Part shown: in pieces, positions 1-13,100 of the stretch | How positions within the stretch are numbered: the first letter of the stretch is position 1 | Layout: every line of letters begins with the position of its first letter | DNA from: Camelus ferus | Taxonomy: Eukaryota | Length of the DNA: 64,000 nt | Direction of reading: 5' to 3' | Assembly: GCF_009834535.1 (NCBI RefSeq) | Contig: NC_045698.1 | Span: forward strand, 107,694,001 to 107,758,000 | Translations under genes and position numbers: made by a program | The notes under the pieces: model-generated | Databases searched by the model: none | What the model saw: the letters and a program-made list of their open reading frames with translations, nothing else | What the model was told of the DNA's origin: nothing

Positions 1-330
1 CAGCCTTGCCTGGAGCGCAGCCCTGGCTCTTAAACACTTGCTCAGGGCCCTGATTTCAGCTCGCCGTTGCTGTTTACACGCCCTTATTTTTTAGTTCGTT
101 GACAAGCATTCAAGAAAATATGTTGGTAATTTATACAAGTCTTGTTAAAGAATCCAGTGCAGCATATTGCTAGATGCAAAGTCTGTACTTGAAGTTTTAT
201 TTCCTTTGTGATAGAAGAGCTGCTACGAGAGAGACGTGCGTCTCTGTGCTGCTCACTTAACGTTCTGTCAGCGGCCACTGCCACTGCTGCTGCCGGTTTT
301 CCTCTTTGGCTTCTGCTTTTTATTATTTAT
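1..330. promoter_or_regulatory. CpG-enriched unique sequence; candidate promoter/enhancer edge
   Basis: 11 CpGs counted in bases 1-300, no recognisable repeat, forkhead-type TGTTTAC at 71-77, perfect palindrome AGAGACG-TG-CGTCTCT at 230-245. Function is inferred, not shown. Confidence 0.35.
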
Positions 331-724
331 TTCTGGTTCAATGCAGAGATGAGAAGATAAAGTTGGTACTTGTCCTGCTTTACGGCTTTTTTTTTTTTAA
401 GTTTTTCTTTGTGCCGTATTAGGCAGTCAGTTAAAAAATTGGTGCTTTAAAGAGTACATTCTGTCTTATTTACTGTATTAAAGTTTGCTTAATAATAATT
501 TATTTTACTCACTCAAAATGTCAATTTTATGAGATAAGCAGTTTCCCACACCAGACAGCCCTCAGTCAGGGCACTCAGGATGTCTTCTCTCTTTTCCACC
601 ATAGAGCTTTCCCACTGCTCTGCCTGCCTGTAAGTCTCCATGAAAATGCGGTGATGGTGGCTAAGATACTTGTTCCAGGAAGCTCAGAATAAATACCTTT
701 TGCTTCTTCTCCTTTGGTTGGTCT

Positions 725-1010
725 TCATTTCCATCTGCTACTGTATTATTAGTGCTGGATCAGAGAGGGAGCAAACGAAAATGCTGCCCTCATGGAACTT
801 ACATTCTAATGGGGCAGTGATGGGAGGAGGCAGAGAGAAAAGCATGGGAAATAAATATGTGAAATAATATGTGAAAGTCACAAGTGCTATAAAAACGAGC
901 AAGGGAACGGACACGAGAGAGCTGGAATAAGAGGTGGCAATTTTAAATATGATTGTCAGGGAAGTTCTGCTGAGATGGTGACGTCTGAGCAAAGACTGGG
1001 TTTCTGTGAA
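725..1010 (-). mobile_element. L2 LINE 3' fragment
   Basis: Typical antisense L2 motif CTGCCCTCATGGAACTTACATTCTAATGGGG followed by purine-rich L2-like sequence; boundaries approximate. Confidence 0.7.
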
Positions 1011-3054
1011 TGCCCAATTCTGCATTGGGTAACTCCTCGTCCTTTTTCGGAGTTTGTGTAATGCCCGTATTCCTTTGCTCTGCTAGTCTTCTTTTCACTG
1101 TGCCTTAAGAGATTTATTTCCTGTTTCAGAGCATGTGTGTTTTGTTTAGTTTCCTTGACAGAGACCAGCAGTTGGAGCGTACTGTTTCGTCTCTGTCTCT
1201 TGTATTTCACGTCTCTTCCTTTCTTTCAGAGGTTGTGTGCCAGGTCGTTTCTTTTGCCTAGCTGTCTTTCAAAATGCACAGTTCTCTTGAGTCCAAAAGA
1301 GTAAGTACAGTTTATTGAATGGACCGGATTAGGTAAGCCTCAAACAGAAAACAGCTTTACTTTGCACCGTCACCATCCCTCCCTCAGTATCATGTCACAC
1401 CTGTTCGATGCCCCTGACAATACCTTGCGCGTGTTTTATAGGTTTTGCTGTCACTTTCGGTAATAATAAATAGTCTCATTCTCCAGGGCCCCCCCAAAGC
1501 CATTCAATCTAATATCAGAGCATCAATATTTCTTCTGGTTTTAGGCTTTGCCCCTCCTCCAGGTTGAGCCTGAGTGGGTCTTGGATGCCTCCAGTGGACA
1601 AGTTGGGAAGCGGTGGGTCAGCTTTGCCACTTACTTATCTGTCCTTCTGATCTTCCACTTATAAGGCTGCTTCTGGCTCCTATACGACCACAGAAGGGCT
1701 GTGGAGAAGGGGACGCACAGTGACGTGAGGGCAGGCACGGTGTGTAGCCCAGTGTTGGTGCCCTGGGCTGTGGTGTGTGTCCTAAGGGGGAGCTGCTGGC
1801 TGGTCCCCTACTCTTTTCCAGTGGCTCCTGTGCCAGGATAGGCAGTTTGTGACCATGTGTGGGTGGTGCCTTCTGAGCTTTGGCATCCAACAGTGTGAGG
1901 TAACACAGAGAAAAAGCTTAGCACGGCGTGTGGTAGCCCTCACTACTCATCTGAGTGGGAGTGGTGCTGTTCTTACTGCCTTTATGAGAGTACTTTTAGC
2001 TTCTTCATTTGGGTTCATTTTAAGACCTAGTGTTAAGAGAAATGGTGTTTAAATGGGAGATCATAACTATGAACTTTACTTGGTCTTGGGAACTTAGGGG
2101 TCTTTTGTGTATTTATTTGCAGATGATATTCTATTTTGTAAAGAGAAACGTACTTAGAAATTTAATGCCAGTGTTGTAGACAGCTGAGGCCCAGAAATGG
2201 ACAGAGTCTTCTTGCCTGTTCTCTAGGGTGAACAGCTAGGACTGCAATATGGGGCTTGAAGTTCTGTCTCTAAACTTGGGCCTCAGGACCCAAGCTCTCT
2301 CCTCTTGAGGGGAGGTGCCCCGTACTTCTATGACTGAGTGCAGAGGGACTTCTGTTCACCTCGTCTCACCTGAGTCTTCCTGCTCTCTGGGCAGGTAGCC
2401 CAGCTGTGACATAGACTATGTTAGATACTGCACTTTTCCCTTAAAGGAGCAACCCTTTCCTGTAAGGAGCAGTGAATATTTGTAACCTTTGGAGAAATAA
2501 CCACCAGATGTCACTCTAGACCAGCTATTGTCAAATGAGACTACTGTATCCGTTGTTCCCAAATGTGCTTAGGGGGAAAATGAGATTGAGTGAGCATCCT
2601 AATGTTTCATGTCATAAGGAATCTTCTGTGGCTGTTGTAAGACAGCCATCCTTGAGAAACAGATGCAAAGGAATGCTTGTGGGTCCTGCACTCCTGACAA
2701 CTACAGTTTAGTGGGGTAAAAGGAGTCAGACCTGCAAGAAATTAGGACATGTTACCCCGTCCCCTTAGCCTGTAAATAAAATAGACTGAGACAGGAGAAA
2801 TCAGTGAGCGGAAAGAAAACTGACAAACTTCAAGGGGGAAAATTACAAGTGTTGAAGGGCATCCTAGATTCAGGTAAATAGAGTGTAGAACCTGGGAGAT
2901 GCCACTTGAAGGGGTAGGAAGAGGTGGGAAGGGGGGCGGGGTTGAAATCATCGTAGTGTGAGTGAGCGAATCAGCTTGGGCTCTTGGGGAACTGTCAGAA
3001 GAGCAAGGAACCACCTAGAAGGGATAAGTCAGAAGAAGGTAAGATACAAAACTC

Positions 3055-3298
3055 ACAGTGTAGCATGGATTCTAGAGCCAGGCTGCCTGGGTCCAAAGCC
3101 TGGCTCTGCTACGTGCTGGCTGTTGGCACGAGCTTCAGGGCATGCTGCTTACCCTTGCTGCCCCTCAGTTTCCTCAGCTGTAAAGTGGGTAGATGATACC
3201 GTACCTAATTCATAGGATTGTGGAAAGATTAAATTAGTTAATATTTTTCAAGTGCTTAGAAGAGTATCCAACACGTAGTAAGTACTGTGTTAAATATT
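3055..3298 (+). mobile_element. MIR SINE, near full length
   Basis: MIR core: GGCTGCCTGGGTCCAAAGCCTGGCTCTGC...CCTCAGTTTCCTCAGCTGTAAAGTGGG...AAGTGCTTAGAA. Confidence 0.85.
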
Positions 3299-3314
3299 TC
3301 TTGAAAAAAAAGTT

Positions 3315-3356
3315 TCTGTGTTCGGCTTAAGAAGAGTCTGTGTTAGGCTTAAGAAG
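3315..3356 (+). repeat. 20-bp tandem duplication (22-bp period)
   Basis: TCTGTGTTCGGCTTAAGAAG (3315-3334) and TCTGTGTTAGGCTTAAGAAG (3337-3356), 19/20 identical. Confidence 0.9.
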
Positions 3357-3480
3357 TCACAGTAAGGTTAATGATTGAACAAAAGCCTGGGATGTGCCCT
3401 ACTCAGCAGCTATTCACTGGGCAGTATATGCCAGACATTATGATGCGTGCTGAAAAAACGTGTAACTATAAAGGTGTCGC

Positions 3481-3716
3481 TAATAATGTCTACTGTGTAT
3501 TGAGCTATAACTAGGTTCTAGCAAATAAGCTAAGTACTTTAAATGCATTACTTCAGTTACTCTTCTCCAAAACGTATGGAGTGGATATTATTATCTCTAT
3601 TTTATAATTTAGGGAAATGAGACCTAGAGAGAGTCATTAATTTGTTCAAGGTCACCAAACACTAAATGGCAAAGCTGGGATCTAAACCCAGAGTCTGATC
3701 ATCTAATCACTGCTCT
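3481..3716 (-). mobile_element. MIR SINE
   Basis: Antisense MIR core: GGGAAATGAGACCTAGAGAG...TTTGTTCAAGGTCAC...GCTGGGATCTAAACCCAG. Confidence 0.75.
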
Positions 3717-5110
3717 GAATACCTAAGAGGCACTGAGGAATGATATGAAATCATCTCATTTTTGAGCCTAGTGGGACTTCAGCAATACTTCAGTTTAACT
3801 CTATTTATGGGTGAATAAGCTGAGTCACACGGGTATTAAGGGATTTGGCCAAGGTCATTGGGTTCAGGGGTGACAGTATAAGACCCTAGATTTAATCTTC
3901 CCAGGCCAGTATTGATAATAAGAGGCTTTAAAAGTAAGCAGAGGAAGCATCAATCTAGAACATTATTATTTTTATTATTATTTATAAGGACTGTTATACA
4001 GTGTCTCCTTCACTTGGGCAACACATGAGAATTCCATCTTTGCTTTTTTTTTCAATATGGCAGTCTAACAGCAACTTAAAGTATTTTTTCTATTATGGAT
4101 ATAGATAAAAATGTCCCTAGATTTACCCCCTTTTCAGGTCTCCCTGAGCACCACATGCTGTCCCCTGTGTAGAGAGCTCCTCTTCGTATTATAATTTGTT
4201 TTGCCATCTGTCTGCCCAGTCAGAAAGCCTATTTCTAATGGCAGAACTGAGGGCATGCTCAGGAGACATCATCTTCCCACAGTTTATCTGAACCCCACCA
4301 AATTTATCCTTCAACAGATTAAACAATCTAACAGTGATTTTGCTATGCAAACTTAAATTCAGGGTAAGTCACTTAACTTCCCGCAGGTCCCCATTCATCC
4401 CCACTGTCACTCTTGTTGCCCTGGGTATAGAAATTCTGTAGCCGCCATTGACAACCTTTCAAGGCGTGTGACAAGGTGTTTTGGTTTTTTGTCCTCTACC
4501 AAAGTACCTGTCTTAGAGTAGATGGTGAATTCACTCAACAAGAAGCACTCCTTGCCTACATGAGGGAGAGAAGAGCTCCCTAGGGCTGCCTGTGCTTGTT
4601 TTGTTTATTGCTGGCGATTTTATCTTGACCCTGGGACTGTGTGAATTCTGGTTGTGTTAGAGAAGTGTTTGCTGTCCAGGCATTTATTCACAAACTGGAG
4701 CAAAGAGGTAGAGTGGAAACCTGCCTGGGGAGGGTAGCATTTAATCTAAAATGTGAGTTAGGTAGTGGATACGGTTCTCCCAAACTCTACTCCTTGGGTC
4801 ACTTGTATCAGTTATTCTAATAAGTGTTCGGGCAGTGAAATTGGGGGAGTAATATATAGTCTCTTCCATTCGTGGTGTCATGAAACACATTGAAGATAGT
4901 AAAACCACCAAGATTCCGTACTATGAAAAAAAATGTTTAAAGGATGTTTTACAAACTTACTGAAAGCGTGGGACACTTGTTAGATAACATCTTACAGGAA
5001 TACTGCTTCATGGAGTGCTGCAGAAGAAATGCTAGTGAACTGAAAGACCACAGGATTGGTCTCTGGAAACTAACTGCCAGTCCTGACTTTGTAAACCACT
5101 CAGCGGTAGT

Positions 5111-5205
5111 CAGTGCTACTCAGAATACGACCCGGGGATGGCGAGTTCACAGACTCCTCGCGGCTAGACTGCCCCACGTAAGGAGCACGCGGAGAATGAC
5201 AGTCA
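5111..5205 (+). mobile_element. hAT-Charlie-like terminal fragment (Charlie4-like)
   Basis: Starts CAGTGCTACTCA, a hAT-Charlie terminus; the rest aligns only loosely to the consensus as I recall it. Confidence 0.4.
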
Positions 5206-5838
5206 GTTACATCACTGTTGGATTCAGCTGATTTTTTTTTTTTTTTGATAGCAAAACTTTCTTAATGAAGGAAGCCATGTGCGCTAATTTATTTTCTATT
5301 ACAAGCCTGACACTTTGAGTAGTATTAGCTGCAGGAATTATAAGTAAACCACTTGCCCTTCGTCATCTCAATTTCACTTTCTCTCCAATGATGGGGTTGG
5401 AAAATAAACTGAGTTCTATCATTTAAAACCTGGTAGCCTTCCAGGAGCACAGGGATTTGGAACAAAATTGAGTGTCTGTTCTAAACCCCAGACATAACTC
5501 AGGAGAAACATAAGGATTTGCCCTGCATCTTCAGGTCCAGCTTGTAAAGTAGACATTTAATATATTCTCTTACTCTGTCCTAATTTTATGACCAGTGTTA
5601 CTGACCCCATAGTTTCTTTCTTATTGTTCAAAGTCTATAGATACTATGGATAGATACAGAGGCTGATCGTCAACTTGAACAACGTTGACCAGTATTGAGC
5701 TGTGCTTGCAATGGTGGTGTCTTTCTCGGATGAGGAACAGATTGCATTATAGCCCTTTCTGGCACAGTCATCTTTTAAAGTACAGAATGAAGATAATTGC
5801 AAGATGGATGAGGATTTGAAAAGCCATATGGCACTCTG

Positions 5839-6010
5839 AAAGTAGTATGGGCTTTTGAGTCAGGTAGGCCTGGATTTAAATTCCGTCTCCATTATGCATA
5901 CTAGCTCTTTGACCTTGGACCATTTTATTAGCATCTACAATGAGAAAATGAGTACCTGTACCTCATAGATTTGTTAAGAGGATTAAATGAGATAATGCTT
6001 CTGAAGTACC
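5839..6010 (+). mobile_element. MIR SINE
   Basis: GAGTCAGGTAGGCCTGGATTTAAATTCC...GTACCTCATAGATTTGTTAAGAGGATTAAATGAGATAATG. Confidence 0.75.
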
Positions 6011-8139
6011 TATTGTGATTGTAGTTTTTGAGAACTGAGAAAAAGATATGAGTGAGAAAAAAGCAGAATACAAAGTTAGAGAGTGAATGTTCAGGAATAG
6101 CAATGTGAACATCATAAAATAAGGGCCATAAAAATATTTGTTTAAATGCAAAGATAGAGCCCACTGAAATTGCTCAGATGGTTCAGTGGAGGACGGGCAT
6201 AGCTAGAGTTTGAGAAGTTTGAAGCCTGTGCTGTTTATACGCCAAGGATAGAGGCAACAGTGAAAACCTAGACAGAAGTGAGGAGAATACAGCCTATTGG
6301 GATAGGAAGTGATCGCATGAATAGGTTCTAACCTAGCAGAGAATCAAGACAAACTGAACGGGAGTTCACAAAGAGAGCTCCAACTGGCCTGGAGGGAGGT
6401 TGGAATAATGTTCAATAAGTGACAAGGCTGAAGGCATCAGGAGAGTCAGTATAACATTACTCACTGGAGTTACCACCCTGTGTGGTAGAGTTGAGTTTAT
6501 TTAACCATAACTGAAGTTGATGTTAGAGACCTGTAATTGCAAGTGATCTCTCGATGTTACATAGTGAACTCTGCAGAACTTTTTCACTTAGTAATAGCTC
6601 CTATTCATAGCCCTCATATATACATTATATACCCTTTTCAATTTCTTGACACTTCCTCATACATTACTCCAGGGGGGCTTCGGCACCGCTAACAGGTCCC
6701 TCTGTGGTGCAGATAAAGAACCTGAAGCTCAGAAAGGTCAACTGATCGACACAAGACTGCACAACTGATACTTGGAAGAAGCAGAATGGGTACCAAAACT
6801 TTTAACTGATGTAACTTAGCTTGTCCCAGAATGAAAGTGTCTCTCCCTAAGAGTGAAAGGTACCACTTAACATCCATCCTGGTCACTTGTACTAAATGGA
6901 AGGAAATAGTCAAAGGTTTGCCTGGAAAGGACAGTAGAGGTGTAGCTGACAGACACAGCCAACTCAGCTTAAGGGTTATTTCTCAAAATAAGCCAATTAA
7001 TTGTTATTTAGCTCAAAAATAATGGCCAAGTGCCAGTATGATTATTGATTAGAAGGTACTTATGAGAGGAGGTACAAGTTGAAAAATGTGGATGGTTTAA
7101 GTCAGAGAAGATCAGTAAATTGTACTCAAGCTACCATTTTTCCTTTCTATGACCATGGTGGACATCAATCATCAATCATGACATCCTTTCCCAGTGGATC
7201 CAGATGGGGCTTCACAGTTCTCGATTTGGGAACCCCAGTGGGCACTGCTAATTATTCAGAATTGGCTTATTTGTCATTCCTGCTTTAGGCATAAGGGTGC
7301 CTAAAGGTTTTCTGAAGCCTTTTGGTCCAAGGACATATTTGAAACCCCATTTTATTTTCTAGGTAATAAGCAAAAAGATTCGTCACTTCCTCTGTTATGC
7401 CTGAAAGCTATTAAAAAGATAGTCTGCATTATTACAATTCATGCAAACTTACGTAAATATTCCAAACAACATGACATTTGTACAGGAGCTGACAGACCTG
7501 GTACTTGGTTCTGCATCTTTGAGGATATTGTCATTTCTGCTTGTGAGAAGACACAGTGGCCTCCAGTAGTCGTTGGTGAATTTCCCTCTTCCAAAGCATG
7601 ATTGTTACTGCAATTCTGAAAACTCATGTTATTTCAGGGACCCAGAGAAGTCAATCATTTTCTTTAGGAAAGAAAGCTTTCCAGTACGTTTTTTCATTGT
7701 TTCTAGCTCAGAAACCACTTATTTGATGCACAAGGCTTAAGGCAATGCTTTAAATCAGAGTTTCACTTCTGCACCATAATTGAGCCCTTGGCACTCGGTG
7801 TAACAAAGCAACGTAAGACTGCTGAGTTGTTTTAGAACTAAGCATGTGTCAATCACTGGAGGACCTTTCTCAAAATATATTTGCTTTTATTTTCACCTCC
7901 ATTTCCCTTCGTACCTCCCACCCCCAGTCTTTCTTTCTTCTGGTTTCCTTGGGGACAGGGAAGTGTTGAGGGCAAATGTATATTTTTGAAAAGTTCCTCC
8001 AAGTGATACCTAAAATTCTTTCCCCCCCAAAATGGGAACCTTTGACGTAATGGAAAGACAAATTAAATTTTAAGTTAAGGGACAGTGTTAGGTTTGAATC
8101 TTGGTCCTGCTGCTTTTCCTAGGTAATCTTTGTTATTAC

Positions 8140-8660
8140 TTAGGTCTTACTTGGTTGCAAGTGGCAAAAGGCCAAGTGAAACTGGTCTTAGCAAAAAAAA
8201 AAGGGGGGGGGGGCAGGGAGGCGCGGCGTAGTTTCTGGCTCACATGCTTAAAATGTGCAAGGATGATTCTTACTGGCTTCAAGTATGACTCGATCAGGGA
8301 TTCAATATCATAAGCACCTGTATTTCTCCATCTCTTTAGCTCTTCCTTCCCCTGTATTGGTGCTCTTCTCAGTCTATGTGGTGACCCTCAGTCACTTTGT
8401 AATTACTTCACTCTGATCATTCAACAAACCTCCAATGATGGAGAAAATTTCATTCCACAGTAAGTCACGCAAGGCCTTAGCTCCAGTCTTTGGCTTGACT
8501 TGTCTCTTGTGATCGATCATTCCTGAACCAGGCACCAGTCACTATAGCCAGTGGGACTGGAACAGGCTCATTTGCTTACTTCTGGGCAGTGAAGATACTG
8601 ACCAGGACTTGCCTGGGCAGTTGTTCCGGTTGTCTGTGGCTGACATCTATTCTGTGCTGT
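8140..8660 (-). mobile_element. MaLR LTR (MLT1J/K-like)
   Basis: TTGGTTGCAAGTGGCAAAAGGCC...AACTGGTCTTAGCAAAAAA start and later CAGTCACTATAGCCAGTGGG, typical of old MLT1 LTRs read antisense. Confidence 0.6.
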
Positions 8661-9799
8661 TCCGGGTGTTAAATACTGTGCATACTCCCCTTGTTCCTGA
8701 ATTACAGGCTCATTCTTAGAGTTGCGACAGGTGTGATTTCTCTTAAACCTCAAAATCTGGAATTGTGAAAGTGATGTGTTCCTCCTAAGAAAATTACATA
8801 AGAAAGGGGAATGAACGACCATTTTCTAGGAAATGACATCAATGTTTTGGGTCATAATTTCCCCATATGTAAAATAGAAAATATAAATCAGTTGGTCTTA
8901 TGTTTTGCCTGATCATTTTAATTTTCTATGAAAAGAACAGTCTCTTGGAGCCTTTTCCAGTACCTGTCACACATTTTATATTAAATGCTTCTGTATAAAA
9001 TATGTGTGTGCCCGTCCACACGTCTTTGTGCCTGTGTGTGCATGAATTGGTCAGTTTGCATACAAGGCAACTGAGGACCTAGCCCTAACAAATGTGACAG
9101 AGCTAGGTCTGTAACGATGCTTCTTAGTGGGCAGCTTCTTTTTTTAAACTAGATTATGTTCATGTCCTAACCTTGCTGTGTAAACCCTTTAAGAGGATTT
9201 TACAACTTATGAGAGTCTCTTAGAAGTAAAAAATTCTAACTGAAAGGTATGTGTCTCACATGCTGGAATTTTAGGTACTGTTACCAGAGTTAGACAGGTG
9301 GGTCATAACACTGAGGAGAAGGAACACTGGGGCAAGGACGAAGTCTGTGCCATCATTTGGGGAGGGAGTCATTAGTATAAAAACATCTATCTGCTTTTGG
9401 CTTTTCTGACTGCCTCGCCGTGCTCTTGTTTTCCTGAGTATCATGCTTGTTTTTGTGAATGGCCTCTTCGTCACATTCTTAACAATATCTTCATTCTAAC
9501 CTATTATCTAATCAAAACATAAAAAATGTGCCACTTTTCTAGAACATGGCCTCTCTTACCTACCTCGCTATGGTGTTTACAATGAATGAAATGAGTCAGT
9601 ATGAGTGAAAAGTTAGACTGGAGTGCAGTTTTTGATCATTTTGATATCATCCTATATTAAGACTTGTGTATTCCATATAAAGTTCATTTCTTGTTATTTT
9701 CTATTGATAGGGCTGAAAGAGTTTTTCTCTTCTCTGTATCTTGCAAAAGTTTCATACAAAAATTATTAGGTAAGAATTTGAAATCCAAACCGTGGGCCC

Positions 9800-10020
9800 A
9801 GCACAACACTCCATCTCATTCATGTGAAAACCACTTACTGAATGCCTATTGTGTGTAAGACGGGGTGATTGATAGAGATGAATTGCTGTCTCACAGCGAT
9901 AAGACCTGGACATAAATCATTACAATACAGGATAGATAGTAACACGTGTCATCGGAGAGGAATGGATAAATTGCTACGAGAGGTGAGAAGATTAAGAAAC
10001 GACTTTGTTGTAGAGCGGCT
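9800..10020 (-). mobile_element. L2 3' fragment
   Basis: CATTCAT...TTACTGAATGCCTATTGTGTG...TAAATCATTACAATACAG antisense L2 pattern. Confidence 0.55.
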
Positions 10021-10874
10021 GAGGAGTGCTGTGCTTGTGCAGTTTTTGGCTACAGGTAAATGACTTACTTCAGATGTGCTTTGGCTAAAGTCAAAAGCAT
10101 GTTCACATTTAATTTTCATGAAGGAGAAGAATTTTAAGCTGAGTCCTTGAGAGATAAGATCCAGAATTAATTCAACTCCAGGAAATCCCGCTCAGGACTC
10201 ATCACCTTGGAGAAGGAACCCTTGGACCTCTTTGCAGCCATTAGATACCTAGCTGGGGGGGTGACAGCTGTTTTTCAGAATTAAAAGTAGACACTTCAGT
10301 ATGGATGCAGATGGAAAAAGGAGATGCTGAGCCCAAGTCTCTGCCTGAAGACGCAGGTCACACTGAGGAGTGGAGGAAGACAGCGGGGGGTGGGAAGGGA
10401 ATCCTGCACCTGCTTCCAGGGAGGGGTCAGATAGCTACCCAGAGCATGGAGAGACTTATGGATTAAAAAAAAGAGAAATGACAAAATCGGGCAAGCATTG
10501 TGAGGAACAGCGGGGTAGTTCATGAATAGATGTAATCTTCTCTAAAAACTCGTCGTTTCATTTCCCTAGGTGAAAATAAGTACATGGAAAAGGACAAGCT
10601 GGTCTGAACTTTCTCACCGTAGATGGGCTCTGCTCTGGGTGCTGAGAATACAGCAGTGATCAGGAGCTAGCCCCAGCCCTGAGGGAGCTTGTATACTAGC
10701 AAGGGGAGAGGACGAGCTGGCAACCAGCGGTTACATACGACACGTGTTTCGTGGCAACCTCTGTCTCAGGCTGGGCTTTAATTCTTTCCAAATAATCTAC
10801 CCAACTATCTCTTCTAGTTCTTAGTTTTAAAGATTTCCCTTACTAGTAGTCAGTGAGTGATCCTTTTATTTTTT

Positions 10875-11000
10875 AATTCACTCATTTATACATTGATTCA
10901 ACGCATATTTGAGCACCTACTATGTTCCAGGCATTGCAGTAGACACAAGACTACAACAGCAAACAACACAGGTGGTGAACCTGCCCTAAAAGAGCTTATA
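10875..11000 (-). mobile_element. L2 3' end
   Basis: TTCACTCATT...ATATTTGAGCACCTACTATGTTCCAGGCATTG...CTGCCCTAAAAGAGCTTATATTCT. Confidence 0.75.
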
Positions 11001-11008
11001 TTCTGGAA

Positions 11009-11186
11009 CAGTGTCATGTAATAGGATTTTTCATTGTCCTATATCTGCTGCTCAGCATGGTACCCACCAGCTACTTCTGGCTGCTGAGCATTGGAGCATG
11101 ACTAACATGACCAAGAAACTGAATTTTTAATTTTATGTGGTTTTAATTCATTTGAACAAATGTGGCTACTGAATTGTACAGCATCA
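11009..11186 (+). mobile_element. MER3-like hAT-Charlie DNA transposon
   Basis: MER3-like body (AACTGAATTTTTAATTTTAT...TGTGGCTAC), degenerate termini, candidate 8-bp TSD TTCTGGAA (11001-11008) / TTCTAGGA (11187-11194). Confidence 0.7.
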
Positions 11187-12904
11187 TTCTAGGAGGAGTG
11201 ATAAACAATAAACCATTTAAAATTTTAAATCAATAGTTGTGTAGTATTTTAGGTGTTCTGAAAGAAATACATGAGATCGGAGGTTAAAGAAAAACATGGG
11301 AGAGGATGTGTTTAAAAGGGGGTCTGGTAAATCTTGTCACCACCTATTGAGTTGTGACCTGAAATATGGGAAAGAGCCAGTTATAGAAAGATTCTTGGGG
11401 AACGGAGGGGAGAAAAAGTCCACAGAGAGAGGAATTGTTTGGCACGTTGGAAGGACTGAAGAAGAGTTGCTGGAGCTTGCTGAGTGAGAAGTAGTGTGCT
11501 CAGGAGAAGCCGGAGGGGAGGCCAGAGCCATGTCATGTAGAAGTCAGGCAGTGTGTATGTCTCTTCCATAAAGAGGACCATACTCTCTCCTGAGGCTTGT
11601 CTGCGTCCTTATTTTCCAGCCCAGTGGTCACTTTCTAATGAATCATTTTTGATAGAACCATATTGCTGGAGTACCCCACTGTATCCGCTCATCACATTTG
11701 AGCATCTGTCTACTCTAATGTGTGACTGACTAGGAAAATACCATTGCCTCCCATGAAATAAAAAGTTAAGTTAGACAAGGCTCATACTTGGAACACGTTT
11801 AATAAACTACATACTAGTTAAGAAATGCTTAATAAAAGTAATCAATCTGAATGAGTAATAGGATGAAAACTGTTCTTTTTTTCCCCCCAAATATTGCTAG
11901 AAGGAAGCTCACCTTATGAAGTCTGGGGACACTTACTTCCTGAAAACTTTTGAGAGGAGGCATACAGGAGGTAAAGAAAGAGGATAGGATACTGACTTAA
12001 ATAACTTGAGTATTTTTAAAGCTGTCAATCTTTGGCTTGGATTTTCTTTTCTGAATGTATAGATAGACTGTAGAGATCAGTGGTTTATGCAGGAAGATGC
12101 AGTCATTATGCAGATGAAGTGCCCACGGTAGGAGGTGCTGGAAAATAGCTGTGTTTTTCAGCTGTCACTTTTGTCAGCTTCATTAATTTTAAAAATTGTC
12201 GAGAATTTGCATTTTAGAATGGAAATTCCTCTGCGGACAATGTTTATATATATTTTTTTTCTCTGTAGAATCATGGTACATTAGTTCAGTTTCTAGAGCC
12301 CAGGAAATCACCTTTCACTGATAAATAAAAAATGTAAAATGTCATTATACTTCTTATTTCATAAAAATAGAACTATTAATTAGAATAGCAATATGCCTTA
12401 CAGATGTGCTAATTATTAGTGTCATGCCCAACACTGACTTGAATGACCATGTAACCTTTTCAACTTGCCTAGTCCAGAACCGAACATATATAGGTACTGT
12501 ATATTGGCAAGTTGTCTTTCATAACTTATTGTGATACTAAATAAAACATATAAGTAAGAGCACATCTTTTGAGCTAATCATCATAGCTTTAGGCTTGCCA
12601 GAATTCTTTCACAAGCATGGTGTCATTTCATACTCTCAGTAGCCTCATGAGAAGGTATGACATGGGACATCATCTGTCCCTTACTTGCAGGAACCCTAAG
12701 GTCCCTGCTGTTGTGCCCTGGGAGCTTGAACGAAGGCGGGTGGTACTTGAAGTCAGGATCCAGTCCGTTGTTCCATCGGTCCCCCTTGTTGATGGAGAGG
12801 AAGAGTACAGATTCTCCTCTACTTCTGCTTTAACACTCAGTGTCCTGTGCTAGTAAAATCATGCCCTAGATTGAGAAAAGCCTTTGGATTTAGAGAAAGA
12901 AGAG

Positions 12905-13100
12905 TCTGTGTATCAGTTAGGACTCTGTATTACGAGCAAGCCAACTACCTCATCACGGTCTGAATATCAATGGAGTTTACTGGCTTCTATATCTAAGAAG
13001 TCCAGAGACAAGGGTGGCTTCAGGGCTCAGATAATGAAGTGGTGATCTGTCACTCCTCTCCTTGTCCTCTGGATTGGTTCCACCGTTGGATAAGCCCTCT
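12905..13100 (-). mobile_element. MaLR LTR fragment (MLT1-like)
   Basis: TGTATCAGTTAGGACTCT...GTTTACTGGCTTCTATATCTAAGAAGTCCAG pattern. Confidence 0.5.

Noticed and set aside
5199-5211. ACAGTCAGTTACA 13-mer identical to part of Y1 RNA as I recall it
   Set aside because: The flanks do not match Y RNA and there is no terminal stem or U-tail, so it is a chance match.
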